Positions 18,074 to 26,985 of a stretch of DNA of 64,000 nucleotides are shown piece after piece (the first letter of the stretch is position 1; each line of letters opens with the position of its first letter). A program made the position numbers and the translations under genes. Source of the DNA: Eubacteriales bacterium (GTDB lineage Bacteria > Bacillota > Clostridia > Oscillospirales > Oscillospiraceae); the NCBI GenBank assembly GCA_044432785.1, contig JAWXUK010000001.1, forward strand, positions 145-64,144, in the 5' to 3' direction. The notes beneath the pieces are model-generated. The model was not told where the DNA came from, made no database searches, and worked only from the letters and a program-made list of their open reading frames with translations.

Positions 18074-18357
18074 ACAAGATTCCATGACGTTAAAAACACA
18101 ATAGCATGACGCTCCCATAAATCAAAAGCATAATAACATGACATGACGAACAGAATCAAGACACAACCAGAAAAAACGGTTCAAATAGTTGCAGAAATAG
18201 CCATTTTCGTCCATTCTGAACCAAAATATTTCGCTTCCATTCTAAAACAGAATAACATGACATTCCAACAATTCAAACCCACAAAAACATGACAACACCA
18301 GACAATCAAAATGACAATTCCATGACAGCTACGCTCCAAAAACAAGATAAGATGACG
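18074..18357 (+). repeat. Iteron-like array, candidate replication origin
   Basis: Seven CATGAC motifs, all in the same orientation (18083, 18105, 18137, 18142, 18256, 18288, 18321), plus AATGAC (18310) and GATGAC (18351). The array is bounded by the 17-mers AACAAGATTCCATGACG and AACAAGATAAGATGACG, which differ at 3 positions. It is AT-rich, non-coding, and directly upstream of rep. Confidence 0.5.
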
Positions 18358-18576
18358 CAATTTTCAAAGATATGTTAAAACAGTTAAATTTTAGCCATTT
18401 TCTCTATTTTATCGATTCAATCGTGATATTTTATTGCAAATATCGAAAATCCACCCTCTCTTGACGGAGGGTTTTTTTTATGTTTTAATTAAAATATTAA
18501 GTTGCGTGTACAGAAACGTACAACTTTTCGCCCTCCCCCACCAAGGGTATAGGGACTTTTTGTAAAGGAGAATGAC

Positions 18577-19776
18577 ATGACATTTCAAACCGTTTATGCC
18601 GACACCATCGAGCAGAAATCTAGTTTCCTGCGCCTGCCCAAGGGTTTTACCACCGATCCAGTGCTCAAAAAGCTCAGCAATGACAGCAAATTCCTCTATA
18701 TGTTGCTTTTAGACCGCCTTTCCCTCTCAAAAGCCAACAATTGGACCGACTCGACCGGTCGGGTCTACATTTATTATACCATCGAAGAGGCGTGCGAGAT
18801 GCTGGGCAAAAGTCACGCCACCGTGGTGCGTCTCATGGCGGAACTCGACGAGGTCAAAGGGGTTGGTCTGATCCAACGCAAACGTCAAGGTCTTGGAAAA
18901 CCTGACATCATTTATGTGAAATACATCTCAGAAACCGTCGAAAAGGAGAAGAAAGTTTCCAAAAAAGTCGATGTATCAGTAGGGGAGAGCGAAAAATTTT
19001 GCGTTAAAAATGAGATTTCAAGAAGTATCAAAAGTACCATTCCAGAGGTGCCAAAAGTTGAAGCAATTAAGACAGATAAAAACAATCCAGAGATGATTAA
19101 CTCTCTCCCTCCCTCAAACCCTCCCAAAAACAAACTTTTTATGAAGAAAGACAAAAGAGAGAGGGGAGAGAGAGAATATAAAGTCTCAAGAAAGCAAAAC
19201 CCTCAGGGCAACCCAACTCTTCCGTCCGATTGTCTGGAAAATGGGGAGAGAATCGACATAGCTCAAGTGGCGCAGGAGTTGCAGCGTGACCAGGTGCTCC
19301 CGTCCAATTATCTGGGAAATCGAGAGAAAACCGGCATAGCCATCGAGATTTTGACAGATTTAGAGGGGGAAAGGTTGAAGTTTCAGCATGGGGAGATTAG
19401 CGAATTCGATCTAAGGCTTCATACTCTTTTTTGTGATGTCCTCACCCAGATGCTGACCACTCAGGGGACCCAGTTGGCGAAAGGGATCAGTTTTAGTCAA
19501 CGTAATATTTATGAAAAAGTGCAGAAAAATTTGGAAATGAGCGGTTCTCCTGTCAATTTATATGATTTTGCGGGAAATACCATTCAGGACTACAAGAGGG
19601 GAGCGGAACAAGCAGAAATTCGGCATCCGTTTTCTTATATGAAATCTTGTATCCTATCTGCGCTGCAAAGTGGAAATTTATCTCAGCACGGGGAGTATGT
19701 TCGGCAGGTGGAGCAGGGGATGTCTGGGAGTGCAGTGGTTCAGGGGTATTCGTCTGAGGCCTTTCAGAGGAGATGA
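18577..19776 (+). CDS. RepA_N-family plasmid replication initiator
   Basis: FLRLPKGFTTDPVLKKLSNDSKFLYMLLLDRLSLSKANNWTDSTGRVYIYYTIEE...GKPDIIYV matches the RepA_N pattern of Firmicutes theta plasmids. RBS AAAGGAG. Confidence 0.8.
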   Translation: MTFQTVYADTIEQKSSFLRLPKGFTTDPVLKKLSNDSKFLYMLLLDRLSLSKANNWTDSTGRVYIYYTIEEACEMLGKSHATVVRLMAELDEVKGVGLIQRKRQGLGKPDIIYVKYISETVEKEKKVSKKVDVSVGESEKFCVKNEISRSIKSTIPEVPKVEAIKTDKNNPEMINSLPPSNPPKNKLFMKKDKRERGEREYKVSRKQNPQGNPTLPSDCLENGERIDIAQVAQELQRDQVLPSNYLGNREKTGIAIEILTDLEGERLKFQHGEISEFDLRLHTLFCDVLTQMLTTQGTQLAKGISFSQRNIYEKVQKNLEMSGSPVNLYDFAGNTIQDYKRGAEQAEIRHPFSYMKSCILSALQSGNLSQHGEYVRQVEQGMSGSAVVQGYSSEAFQRR

Positions 19777-19891
19777 AGGAGACCTGCGTCGAGGTGAGAG
19801 GGAAGTGCTCTGCTTGCATGACGTTCCATGAGGTTCTTTGATATTCTTGGTGACGAGGAGTTTACAAGAATTCTCAGTTCTAGTGAGAAAG

Positions 19892-19947
19892 TCGGCGAGT
19901 TCGCCGAGGGGAATGGTGAGTTAACGGGAGGTCGGCGAGCTCGCCGA
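19892..19947. repeat. Palindrome copies 4 and 5, at 19892-19907 and 19932-19947
   Basis: TCGGCGAGTTCGCCGA and TCGGCGAGCTCGCCGA. The second sits within a perfect 22-bp palindrome AGGTCGGCGAGCTCGCCGACCT (19929-19950). Confidence 0.5.
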
Positions 19948-20139
19948 CCTTAGAGAGGATGACAAAGTGTTGTAGTGGAGTTCCCCTCGCTTAAACAACA
20001 ACGACAGACTATGAAGATCATTTTTGCTCGGGGGTACTCTTCTGAATGTCGGTCAAAAAGAGCGATGTCAAGAAAAATTTCACTGCTCCCATTTTCAGTC
20101 GTGGGGGCTGACTCACCAATGATTTAGAAAGGGTTTTTT

Positions 20140-21525
20140 ATGAATCTATTTGACATCATAGAAAAGGATATCTTTTCCTTATTGGCTTCCAAGAACAAAA
20201 GATTATACTTCGAATCTTTGACCGTGCTGTGGGATTTGTATCAAGATCGGGTCAAAATCGAGCACAAACTCTATTTGCGTGCCTTGGTGGAACACCTCGA
20301 ACCCCAGAGCAACCTCGAATTCTTTGACGAGGAGGAAATGAACCCCGAAGAACGTGCCAATCTGCGTGGAAAGGCCTCCTTTCTTATCCGGAAATTGCTG
20401 CAAAAAGGGTGGATTGTGAGCGAATTTAGCACAGAATACGAACGATACTACACCGTCCCAGATTACAGTTCGAAATTGCTTGACCTCTTCCACAGCCTGC
20501 AAGAGAATCAGCCTTCGAGAGGATTTTCCTATGTTTACGGCACCTATGCCGCCCTCAAAACGGCCCAAGGAGAGGGGAGTCCCGAAGAAAAAGTGCGTAC
20601 TTTGGCGCTGTCCTATCAAAATACTCAGGATTTAATCAAACTTTTGAAGAGCGTGTATCACAACATCAAACGTTATGTCAAAGAGCAATTTGAGTTAGAG
20701 CACGGTAATGATGTCCTTGCCATGTATTATGATGATTTCATCAAAAATGTTTCGGAAACCTATATCAGACCACTCAAAGTCAGAGAATCCATTCCGAAAT
20801 ATCGTGACTTCATTCAAGGTACGCTGAAAATTTGGTTGGAGGATCGTGAGGTCTGGACGGCAATGGTGGAGGCAAACCTAATCGAGCAGCAAGACGGTGA
20901 TTTTGAAACTTCTGCAGCCGAAATGAGTCGTAAAATTCACTGGATTATCGAGCAATATGATCATCTTGCAGTGGATTTACTGGATGAAATCAATCGAGAA
21001 CTCAACAGATATACACGAATTGCCACCCAAAAACTAAAAAATCTCTCCAGTTACGATCACAACACAAAGGGGGACTTGATTTATTTGCTGCAAGTCTTGG
21101 CAAAAGAGGAAACGATCTCCCCCCAGGTACAAGATCATTTTCAGTTGGGGACACAGGAATTTTTGGATGTCAAAAGTTTGTATCATCGCAAAAACCCCGC
21201 CCCGAAACAGATGAAATCCCCCCTTGTCATCGAAAGCACTGAACTTTCTGCTGTAGATCAACAACAAATGGAGGCTCTTTTATTTCGCCCCTATGGAAAA
21301 AAAGAGGTTGACAGTTTCATGCAAGATCTCTTCGGCGCACGCCAGACACTCCAGTCCGAAGATTTCCCCTTTGACCAAGAAAAGGGATATATCATGAGTT
21401 TTTTGTCTGTTCTATACCAAGATGACCCCAAATGTTTTTACAATATCGAATATTTGGACGGATTTTATCAATTGCAACCCTATCGCATTCCGAAGATGGT
21501 ATTCACACGAAAGGAGAGTTTATGA
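20140..21525 (+). CDS. jetA: Wadjet JetA (kleisin-like, MksF/DUF3375-type)
   Basis: 461 aa, first gene of a four-gene operon with the canonical Wadjet order and sizes. There is an ATGA stop/start overlap with jetB. Confidence 0.7.
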   Translation: MNLFDIIEKDIFSLLASKNKRLYFESLTVLWDLYQDRVKIEHKLYLRALVEHLEPQSNLEFFDEEEMNPEERANLRGKASFLIRKLLQKGWIVSEFSTEYERYYTVPDYSSKLLDLFHSLQENQPSRGFSYVYGTYAALKTAQGEGSPEEKVRTLALSYQNTQDLIKLLKSVYHNIKRYVKEQFELEHGNDVLAMYYDDFIKNVSETYIRPLKVRESIPKYRDFIQGTLKIWLEDREVWTAMVEANLIEQQDGDFETSAAEMSRKIHWIIEQYDHLAVDLLDEINRELNRYTRIATQKLKNLSSYDHNTKGDLIYLLQVLAKEETISPQVQDHFQLGTQEFLDVKSLYHRKNPAPKQMKSPLVIESTELSAVDQQQMEALLFRPYGKKEVDSFMQDLFGARQTLQSEDFPFDQEKGYIMSFLSVLYQDDPKCFYNIEYLDGFYQLQPYRIPKMVFTRKESL

Positions 21526-22175
21526 TTTCGTTACAAGAAGTATTTGGTCTTAGCAGTGCTGAAGGGGAGCAATTTCGGCGGGTTGCTAATGATTTGGTGA
21601 GCCATACCTTTCTCTTGCGCAGTGTTTTGACCAAAGAAGGGGAGAAAGTTCACAGAAATCCCGATTATCTCTTTGTGGAACGTCATGTTGAGGTATTTGA
21701 GTCCTATTTCCTCTTTATGGATTGGCGACTTGTGCTGGATACCCACAACGGATATTGCTACCTGCTCAGTGAACATGGTGGAAATCGTTTGACCCTCACT
21801 AAGGATCAGACAGCACTCTTTCTCTGTTTGCGCCTACTTTATGAAGAAAAATTGGCAGATCTCGGGTCGGAAACCGATGTGGTGGTCTCGCTTCAAGAGA
21901 TTTTGGACAAAATGATCACCGACTTCGGAATTTTGAAGGGGTATAACAGACAAAAAATGGGGGCAGATCTCTCCACTTGTTTGCATTATCGGGTGCTCAT
22001 GAAAAAGAAAGGGGGGCTGCAATCCACCGACTCCCTCTTTGTCATCATGCCCACCATTCTCACTGCAGTTCCTACCCAACGGTTGCACGGATTGGTGCAA
22101 AATTTGAAAAAAATGGAGGAAGAGCAACATGAAACAGCTCAATCGAGTGCTTCTGATCAACTGGCTCCATTATGA
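21522..22175 (+). CDS. jetB: Wadjet JetB (MksE/DUF4194-type)
   Basis: 217 aa counted from ATG 21522. The segment RLTLTKDQTALFLCLRLLYEE is typical of DUF4194. Confidence 0.7.
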   Translation: MISLQEVFGLSSAEGEQFRRVANDLVSHTFLLRSVLTKEGEKVHRNPDYLFVERHVEVFESYFLFMDWRLVLDTHNGYCYLLSEHGGNRLTLTKDQTALFLCLRLLYEEKLADLGSETDVVVSLQEILDKMITDFGILKGYNRQKMGADLSTCLHYRVLMKKKGGLQSTDSLFVIMPTILTAVPTQRLHGLVQNLKKMEEEQHETAQSSASDQLAPL

Positions 22176-25100
22176 TCACACCTTGGTGGACCTCAAACAG
22201 GTCAATTTTTTCACAGGGAACAATGGGTCGGGAAAGTCGGCTTTTTTGGATGCCCTCCAAGTAGTGCTCTTGGGGGAAACCAAGTCGAGTAACTTCAACA
22301 AAGCAGCAAACGATCGCTCCGAGCGCACCTTGGAGGGATATTTGCGTGCCGATCGGTCGGAAAACTCCCCTCGCAGTCGCCGTGGAAAGGATTTTTGCTC
22401 CTATCTCGTTTGCGAGTTTTATGATCAACAAAAGGACAATTACTTTGTTTTGGGGGCTGTCTTTGAGTGCTACCAAAATGGCGAGATCCACAAACGTTTT
22501 TTCCTCTATGATGGGACAATCCCCGACCATCAATTTTTAGAGCAAAAGATTGCAATGGACATCGATAAACTCAAAAAATTCCTAAAATCCACCGACCCAG
22601 ATGGGATACTGACCGAAAAACAATCCACCTATCGAGAACACATGATGGCACGCACCAATGTGTATGATCCCAAGTTTTTCTCTCTGCTCAAAAAGAGCAT
22701 CGCACTCAAAGAAGTGCGAAAAATTGAGGATTTTATCACTGAAAACCTCTGTGACGTTCCACCTCCACCCGATATTTACGAGATGCAGGAAAATATTCGC
22801 AACTACAAAGACCAAGAGCGCATGGCAGAGAGGGAAGCCGAAAAATTGCAGGATTTAGTGGAAATCTGCAAAACATTTGATCAGGTCACCAACATCAGAG
22901 GGGTGCTGACCCAACACGAGTTTCTTGTTTTGTGGGGGGAACAAGAATTATTGCGCCAAACGGTTTCGCAGTTAGAGAGAGAACTCCAACAGCTCCACGA
23001 CAAATCCAGTCAACTCGATAACACCCTCGCCACCGTGCAAGAGCAAATCACGAGCGCAGACCAAACCCGTCAATCCCTTTGCTATCAACGGGATAACAGC
23101 GACGAGGTCAAGGAGCAACAGCGTTTGGAAGCACTCTTAAGCGCACTGGTCACCCAAGCAAACAAACTCAAAACCCAACTAGATCACAGCCTTGCAGAAC
23201 TTCGCACCGAGGCAAACTGGGTGGTGGAGTTCTGTCAATCCATTTTGAGGAGCAGTACAACCTTTGAATCGCTCTGCGCCCAAGCCGAAGAGGTCAAAGG
23301 GTGCTATGATCAGCTTTGCGCTCCCGATTCCTCATATTTTGGGGAGAAATCGCAATTATTCGAGGGGGCACACCAGAAAACAGTGCCATTTTGTAAATTG
23401 TTGCAAGAGATTTCGGCAGACACCCGTCAAAGACGCAAACAGCTCCAAACCGAGTTAGAGCAAATTCAAATCGCCATTCAATCTCTGCAAAAAAATATCA
23501 AACGCTATCCCGTCGGCTTGGTGGAACTGCGTGACCGATTGAGAGCCGAACTCCAAACACAAAATCCCACTTGCGAGGTGGAGATTTTGGCAGACCTGCT
23601 GGAATTGACCACAGGGGAAGAGGGGTGGCGAGCCCCCATCGAGGCATATTTGAACACCCAGAAATTTTATTTACTGGTGTCACCCGAGTGCTATGGTCAG
23701 GCGATTTCCCTCTTTGATGACTGGAAAAAAGGGTTCTCCGAGCAGAGTTTTGGCTTGGTTGACCTCGAAAAACTGAGGAAAAAGGGGGGAACCACCCCCC
23801 ACGATCGCTCCCTCGCCCACAAAATCCAGACCGAGAATCCACTGGGGCGTGCCTATATCGACTATCTTTTGGGTCGTGTGGTGGCTTGCCAAACCCCAGA
23901 GGAACTGCGTGGTCACACGGTGGCAGTCACCCAAAGTGGACTGGTATATCAAGGGTATGTCTTGCGAAATTTCCCCCAAAAATTGCTACAATCTGCTTAC
24001 ATCGGCAAAAAAGCCATTGAATTACAGCTCAAACAAATGCAAAACCAGCAAGAACGGTTGCTTGCAGAGCAGACACAGCTCACCTCGCAGTGCGCCCCCT
24101 TTGAGCACGAGATCCATCGAGAGTGGCTCATCAAAGAGAGATACTTAAAGCAAGATCTCACCGAGCGTGCCCAAGACCATCTGGATTATCTGGAAAATAG
24201 CGAGGAGCAGGCAAGCACCCAGCAAGCCCTCTCGAAATGCGATCTCTTTTGGCTTGGAGAATTACAACAAAAAATCGAGGGGTTGGAGGGAGAGATCGCT
24301 AAACTTTCGAGACAAAAAGAGACGAATTTGGTGGAAATCGGTGGGGTTCGAGGGAAGATAGGCCACCTAGAGGGGGAGCAACTCCCACAAAAACGGCGAG
24401 ATCTCACCAACCAAGAGAACATGGTCACCCAAAAAATCACCCCACAATTTCGGGACGAAATCGGTCTACCCCGTTATGTGGACGAACTTGCTCGATTGGG
24501 GGAAATCCAAACCCTCATCACGAACTTCAAACGAGAGTCGATCGGTCAGAACACACGGCTTGAAAACCAGAAAAACACCCTCCTCCAACAGCGCTTCGCC
24601 TACAGTCAAAAGTATCAAACCAGTGCTTATTCCGACGATACCGAGGAGAATACCCTGTACGAATCCGAAAAAATCACCTTGGAAGAGAGCAAACTCCCCC
24701 AATATGCGCAAAAAATCAAAGAGGCACGAGAATCTGCGATGGAGCAGTTTCAAAACGAATTTCTGGACAAACTCAAATCCAATATCGATCAGGTGCGCAG
24801 TCAGTTGCGTGACCTCAACAGAGCCCTCAAGGGCACTCAATTCGGAAGCGACAGCTATCAATTTAAGGTGGAGCCCGACCCCTCCTATTTGCCCTATTAC
24901 AAAATGATCACGTCGGACAAACGCATGGAAGGGGACGTGGGCTTTTTCCGTACCGATTTCGACAATGAATTTGCTGATTTGAGGGAAGAAATGTTTTTGC
25001 AGTTGTCACAGGCAGAGGGCAATGGTGGTGCTGATTTGGAAAAAAACATCAAACGATATACCGATTATCGCACCTATCTGAAATTCGACATGGAAAGCAC

Positions 25101-25464
25101 CGATAAACACGGGATCAAGCAACTGCTCTCCAAGGTGCTTGCCACCAATTCGGGGGGCGAAACACAGACCCCGTTCTATGTGGCGATGCTTGCCTCCTAT
25201 GCACAACTATATAAGGTGAATGATATCACTTCCACAGGAAATACCATGAGATTGGTGATATTTGACGAGGCTTTTAGCAAAATGGACAGTGACCGTATCA
25301 TCGAAAGTGTTGGTCTCATACGCACCTTAAAATTACAAGCCATCATGTGTACCCCACCAGAAAAGGTGGCAGATATTATGCCAGAAGTGGATCAAACCAT
25401 TCTATTTACCCACCAAAATTTCCACATGAATACACTTCCATTTCAAAAGGAACACGAGATATGA
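22129..25464 (+). CDS. jetC: Wadjet JetC (SMC/MukB-like ATPase)
   Basis: 1111 aa. Walker A GNNGSGKS (22216-22239), a long coiled-coil middle region, and C-terminal GGETQTP and Walker B LVIFDEAFSKMD. Confidence 0.85.
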   Translation: MKQLNRVLLINWLHYDHTLVDLKQVNFFTGNNGSGKSAFLDALQVVLLGETKSSNFNKAANDRSERTLEGYLRADRSENSPRSRRGKDFCSYLVCEFYDQQKDNYFVLGAVFECYQNGEIHKRFFLYDGTIPDHQFLEQKIAMDIDKLKKFLKSTDPDGILTEKQSTYREHMMARTNVYDPKFFSLLKKSIALKEVRKIEDFITENLCDVPPPPDIYEMQENIRNYKDQERMAEREAEKLQDLVEICKTFDQVTNIRGVLTQHEFLVLWGEQELLRQTVSQLERELQQLHDKSSQLDNTLATVQEQITSADQTRQSLCYQRDNSDEVKEQQRLEALLSALVTQANKLKTQLDHSLAELRTEANWVVEFCQSILRSSTTFESLCAQAEEVKGCYDQLCAPDSSYFGEKSQLFEGAHQKTVPFCKLLQEISADTRQRRKQLQTELEQIQIAIQSLQKNIKRYPVGLVELRDRLRAELQTQNPTCEVEILADLLELTTGEEGWRAPIEAYLNTQKFYLLVSPECYGQAISLFDDWKKGFSEQSFGLVDLEKLRKKGGTTPHDRSLAHKIQTENPLGRAYIDYLLGRVVACQTPEELRGHTVAVTQSGLVYQGYVLRNFPQKLLQSAYIGKKAIELQLKQMQNQQERLLAEQTQLTSQCAPFEHEIHREWLIKERYLKQDLTERAQDHLDYLENSEEQASTQQALSKCDLFWLGELQQKIEGLEGEIAKLSRQKETNLVEIGGVRGKIGHLEGEQLPQKRRDLTNQENMVTQKITPQFRDEIGLPRYVDELARLGEIQTLITNFKRESIGQNTRLENQKNTLLQQRFAYSQKYQTSAYSDDTEENTLYESEKITLEESKLPQYAQKIKEARESAMEQFQNEFLDKLKSNIDQVRSQLRDLNRALKGTQFGSDSYQFKVEPDPSYLPYYKMITSDKRMEGDVGFFRTDFDNEFADLREEMFLQLSQAEGNGGADLEKNIKRYTDYRTYLKFDMESTDKHGIKQLLSKVLATNSGGETQTPFYVAMLASYAQLYKVNDITSTGNTMRLVIFDEAFSKMDSDRIIESVGLIRTLKLQAIMCTPPEKVADIMPEVDQTILFTHQNFHMNTLPFQKEHEI

Positions 25465-26687
25465 AACAAGAACCCCATCTATTGCGCCAGCTCATCGCAA
25501 AATTGGAACGCTCCAAACAGTTTCGCACCCCACACGAGGGCAAAGGGGTCTATTTGACCAAGGAAAATATCGCAGGGTATCAAAGTGAAAAACTGGAATC
25601 TGCCAAGCAATTCCACCGAGTGGCAGAGGGTCTTGAAGAGCTAGGACTCATCACTTTGCAGTGGGAAATCCCAGAAAAAGTGCTATCCCGTGTGACCTTG
25701 AACCCCAAACAGGTGGATAAATCATACCAAACCTTAGGGCAGACACCCCCTTGGGTTGAGGCGCAACGTGCGATAGAATCTTTGGAGGTGGAGCTTCGCA
25801 GTTTAGAGAGTGCGTGGCTCGTACTGTGGCGTGACCACACCCTATCGGAAATTCAAGGAAATTGGAAAACCCCCTCCTTTGTGCAAAAAGGGGATGGATA
25901 TTGCTCGCATTTTTGCAAATTAATCTGCGCCTATGATAAATTATCGGGGGAATCCATCAGCCAAAGACAGTTTAGCATCCAAGTCTTTCACAACAGCAAA
26001 GATCTCGAGAAAGTCTATTGGGAGGATTTTCTCAAACTGTGTCTTAAGTTCCACCCCGAACTCTCCCAAATCCCGAGCGACCAACCCCTCTCCCACCAAG
26101 AGACCTTGGCTTGTTTGGGGCTTACTCCTCGGAGTGAACTTGTGGAGCTCTCGGGGGAGGTTGCAATCACCTATCCCGAGGGGGTGTTGCAGGTGGGAGC
26201 CGTGGGGGGTGAGAGCCTTGGGATTTCGGCAGGAAACTGCGAGATGATCCAATCCATCCAATTTCCAAGTCCGTGCCAACTGCTTTTCATTGAGAACAAG
26301 ACAAATTACGACCTCCTGCTCCCCCACAGAGCCAAAGACCAAGTGCTGATTTATCACGGAGGGTTCTTGGGAGGGAGCAAGCGCAAATTTTTTCAAACAC
26401 TTTCGCAATGGACGAGGAGCGATACCACGGTTCTCTTTTGGGGGGACATTGATTTGGGTGGTTTTTTGATGTTCGAGGGCTTGCAACAAATCTTCCAAAC
26501 CATCAAACCCCACCGTATGGGATCGAACGAGGTGGAGCAATTTGCACACATGGGGCTTGCCCGAGAGCAGGGATATTTGGAGAAATTACGGGGGTATCGG
26601 TTGGAAGGGCGATTCCCAGAGTTCGGGACTGCCATTGAGGAGATTTTGAGGGTTGGGGTTACCATTGAGCAAGAGGTGATGTTGTAG
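25461..26687 (+). CDS. jetD: Wadjet JetD (Toprim nuclease, DUF3322/DUF2220-type)
   Basis: 408 aa counted from ATG 25461, with an ATGA overlap with jetC. Toprim acidic residues are FIENKTNYD and WGDIDLGG. Confidence 0.8.
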   Translation: MKQEPHLLRQLIAKLERSKQFRTPHEGKGVYLTKENIAGYQSEKLESAKQFHRVAEGLEELGLITLQWEIPEKVLSRVTLNPKQVDKSYQTLGQTPPWVEAQRAIESLEVELRSLESAWLVLWRDHTLSEIQGNWKTPSFVQKGDGYCSHFCKLICAYDKLSGESISQRQFSIQVFHNSKDLEKVYWEDFLKLCLKFHPELSQIPSDQPLSHQETLACLGLTPRSELVELSGEVAITYPEGVLQVGAVGGESLGISAGNCEMIQSIQFPSPCQLLFIENKTNYDLLLPHRAKDQVLIYHGGFLGGSKRKFFQTLSQWTRSDTTVLFWGDIDLGGFLMFEGLQQIFQTIKPHRMGSNEVEQFAHMGLAREQGYLEKLRGYRLEGRFPEFGTAIEEILRVGVTIEQEVML

Positions 26688-26730
26688 GGGATCTGGATGG
26701 GAGAGGTTGGGCTGAAAGGAGGATGTCCAC

Positions 26731-26985
26731 ATGACACAAGAAACAATACTTGATCTTCAAACCATTGTACAACGAATCATTCAAACGGTGGATTCGGAAG
26801 AAATCTATTTGTTCGGCTCTTATGCTCGCTCGGAAGAAACCACCGAGAGCGATTATGACATCTTTGTGGTACTCAAGGATTCCGAAAGACGACTCCTTGA
26901 ATGCGAGCAAGCCCCTCTGTCACCGACAAAACTCTCACCCTCACCGTCAATCAGGTGGGCGGAGTGTATCGGTGATGGTGAGTAA
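26731..26985 (+). pseudogene. Minimal nucleotidyltransferase (MNT-type, HEPN-MNT antitoxin-like), apparently 3'-truncated
   Basis: IYLFGSYARSEETTESDYDIFVV is the GSxxRGxxxxxSDxD motif. After roughly residue 55 the reading frame runs into unrelated sequence. There is no HEPN partner. Confidence 0.5.

Noticed and set aside
18454-18489. The hairpin CCCTCT-N6-GGAGGG followed by T7, considered as a terminator or small-RNA 3' end upstream of rep
   Set aside because: The call is ambiguous. The same bases contain a plausible rep promoter (TTGACG at 18461-18466, 17 bp, TTTAAT at 18484-18489), and no upstream transcription unit is evident. It was therefore not called as a feature.
20140-26687. Treating the four-gene SMC-like operon as the novel system
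   Set aside because: Its order, sizes and motifs fit the already described Wadjet JetABCD. Only its genomic context is reported as a finding.
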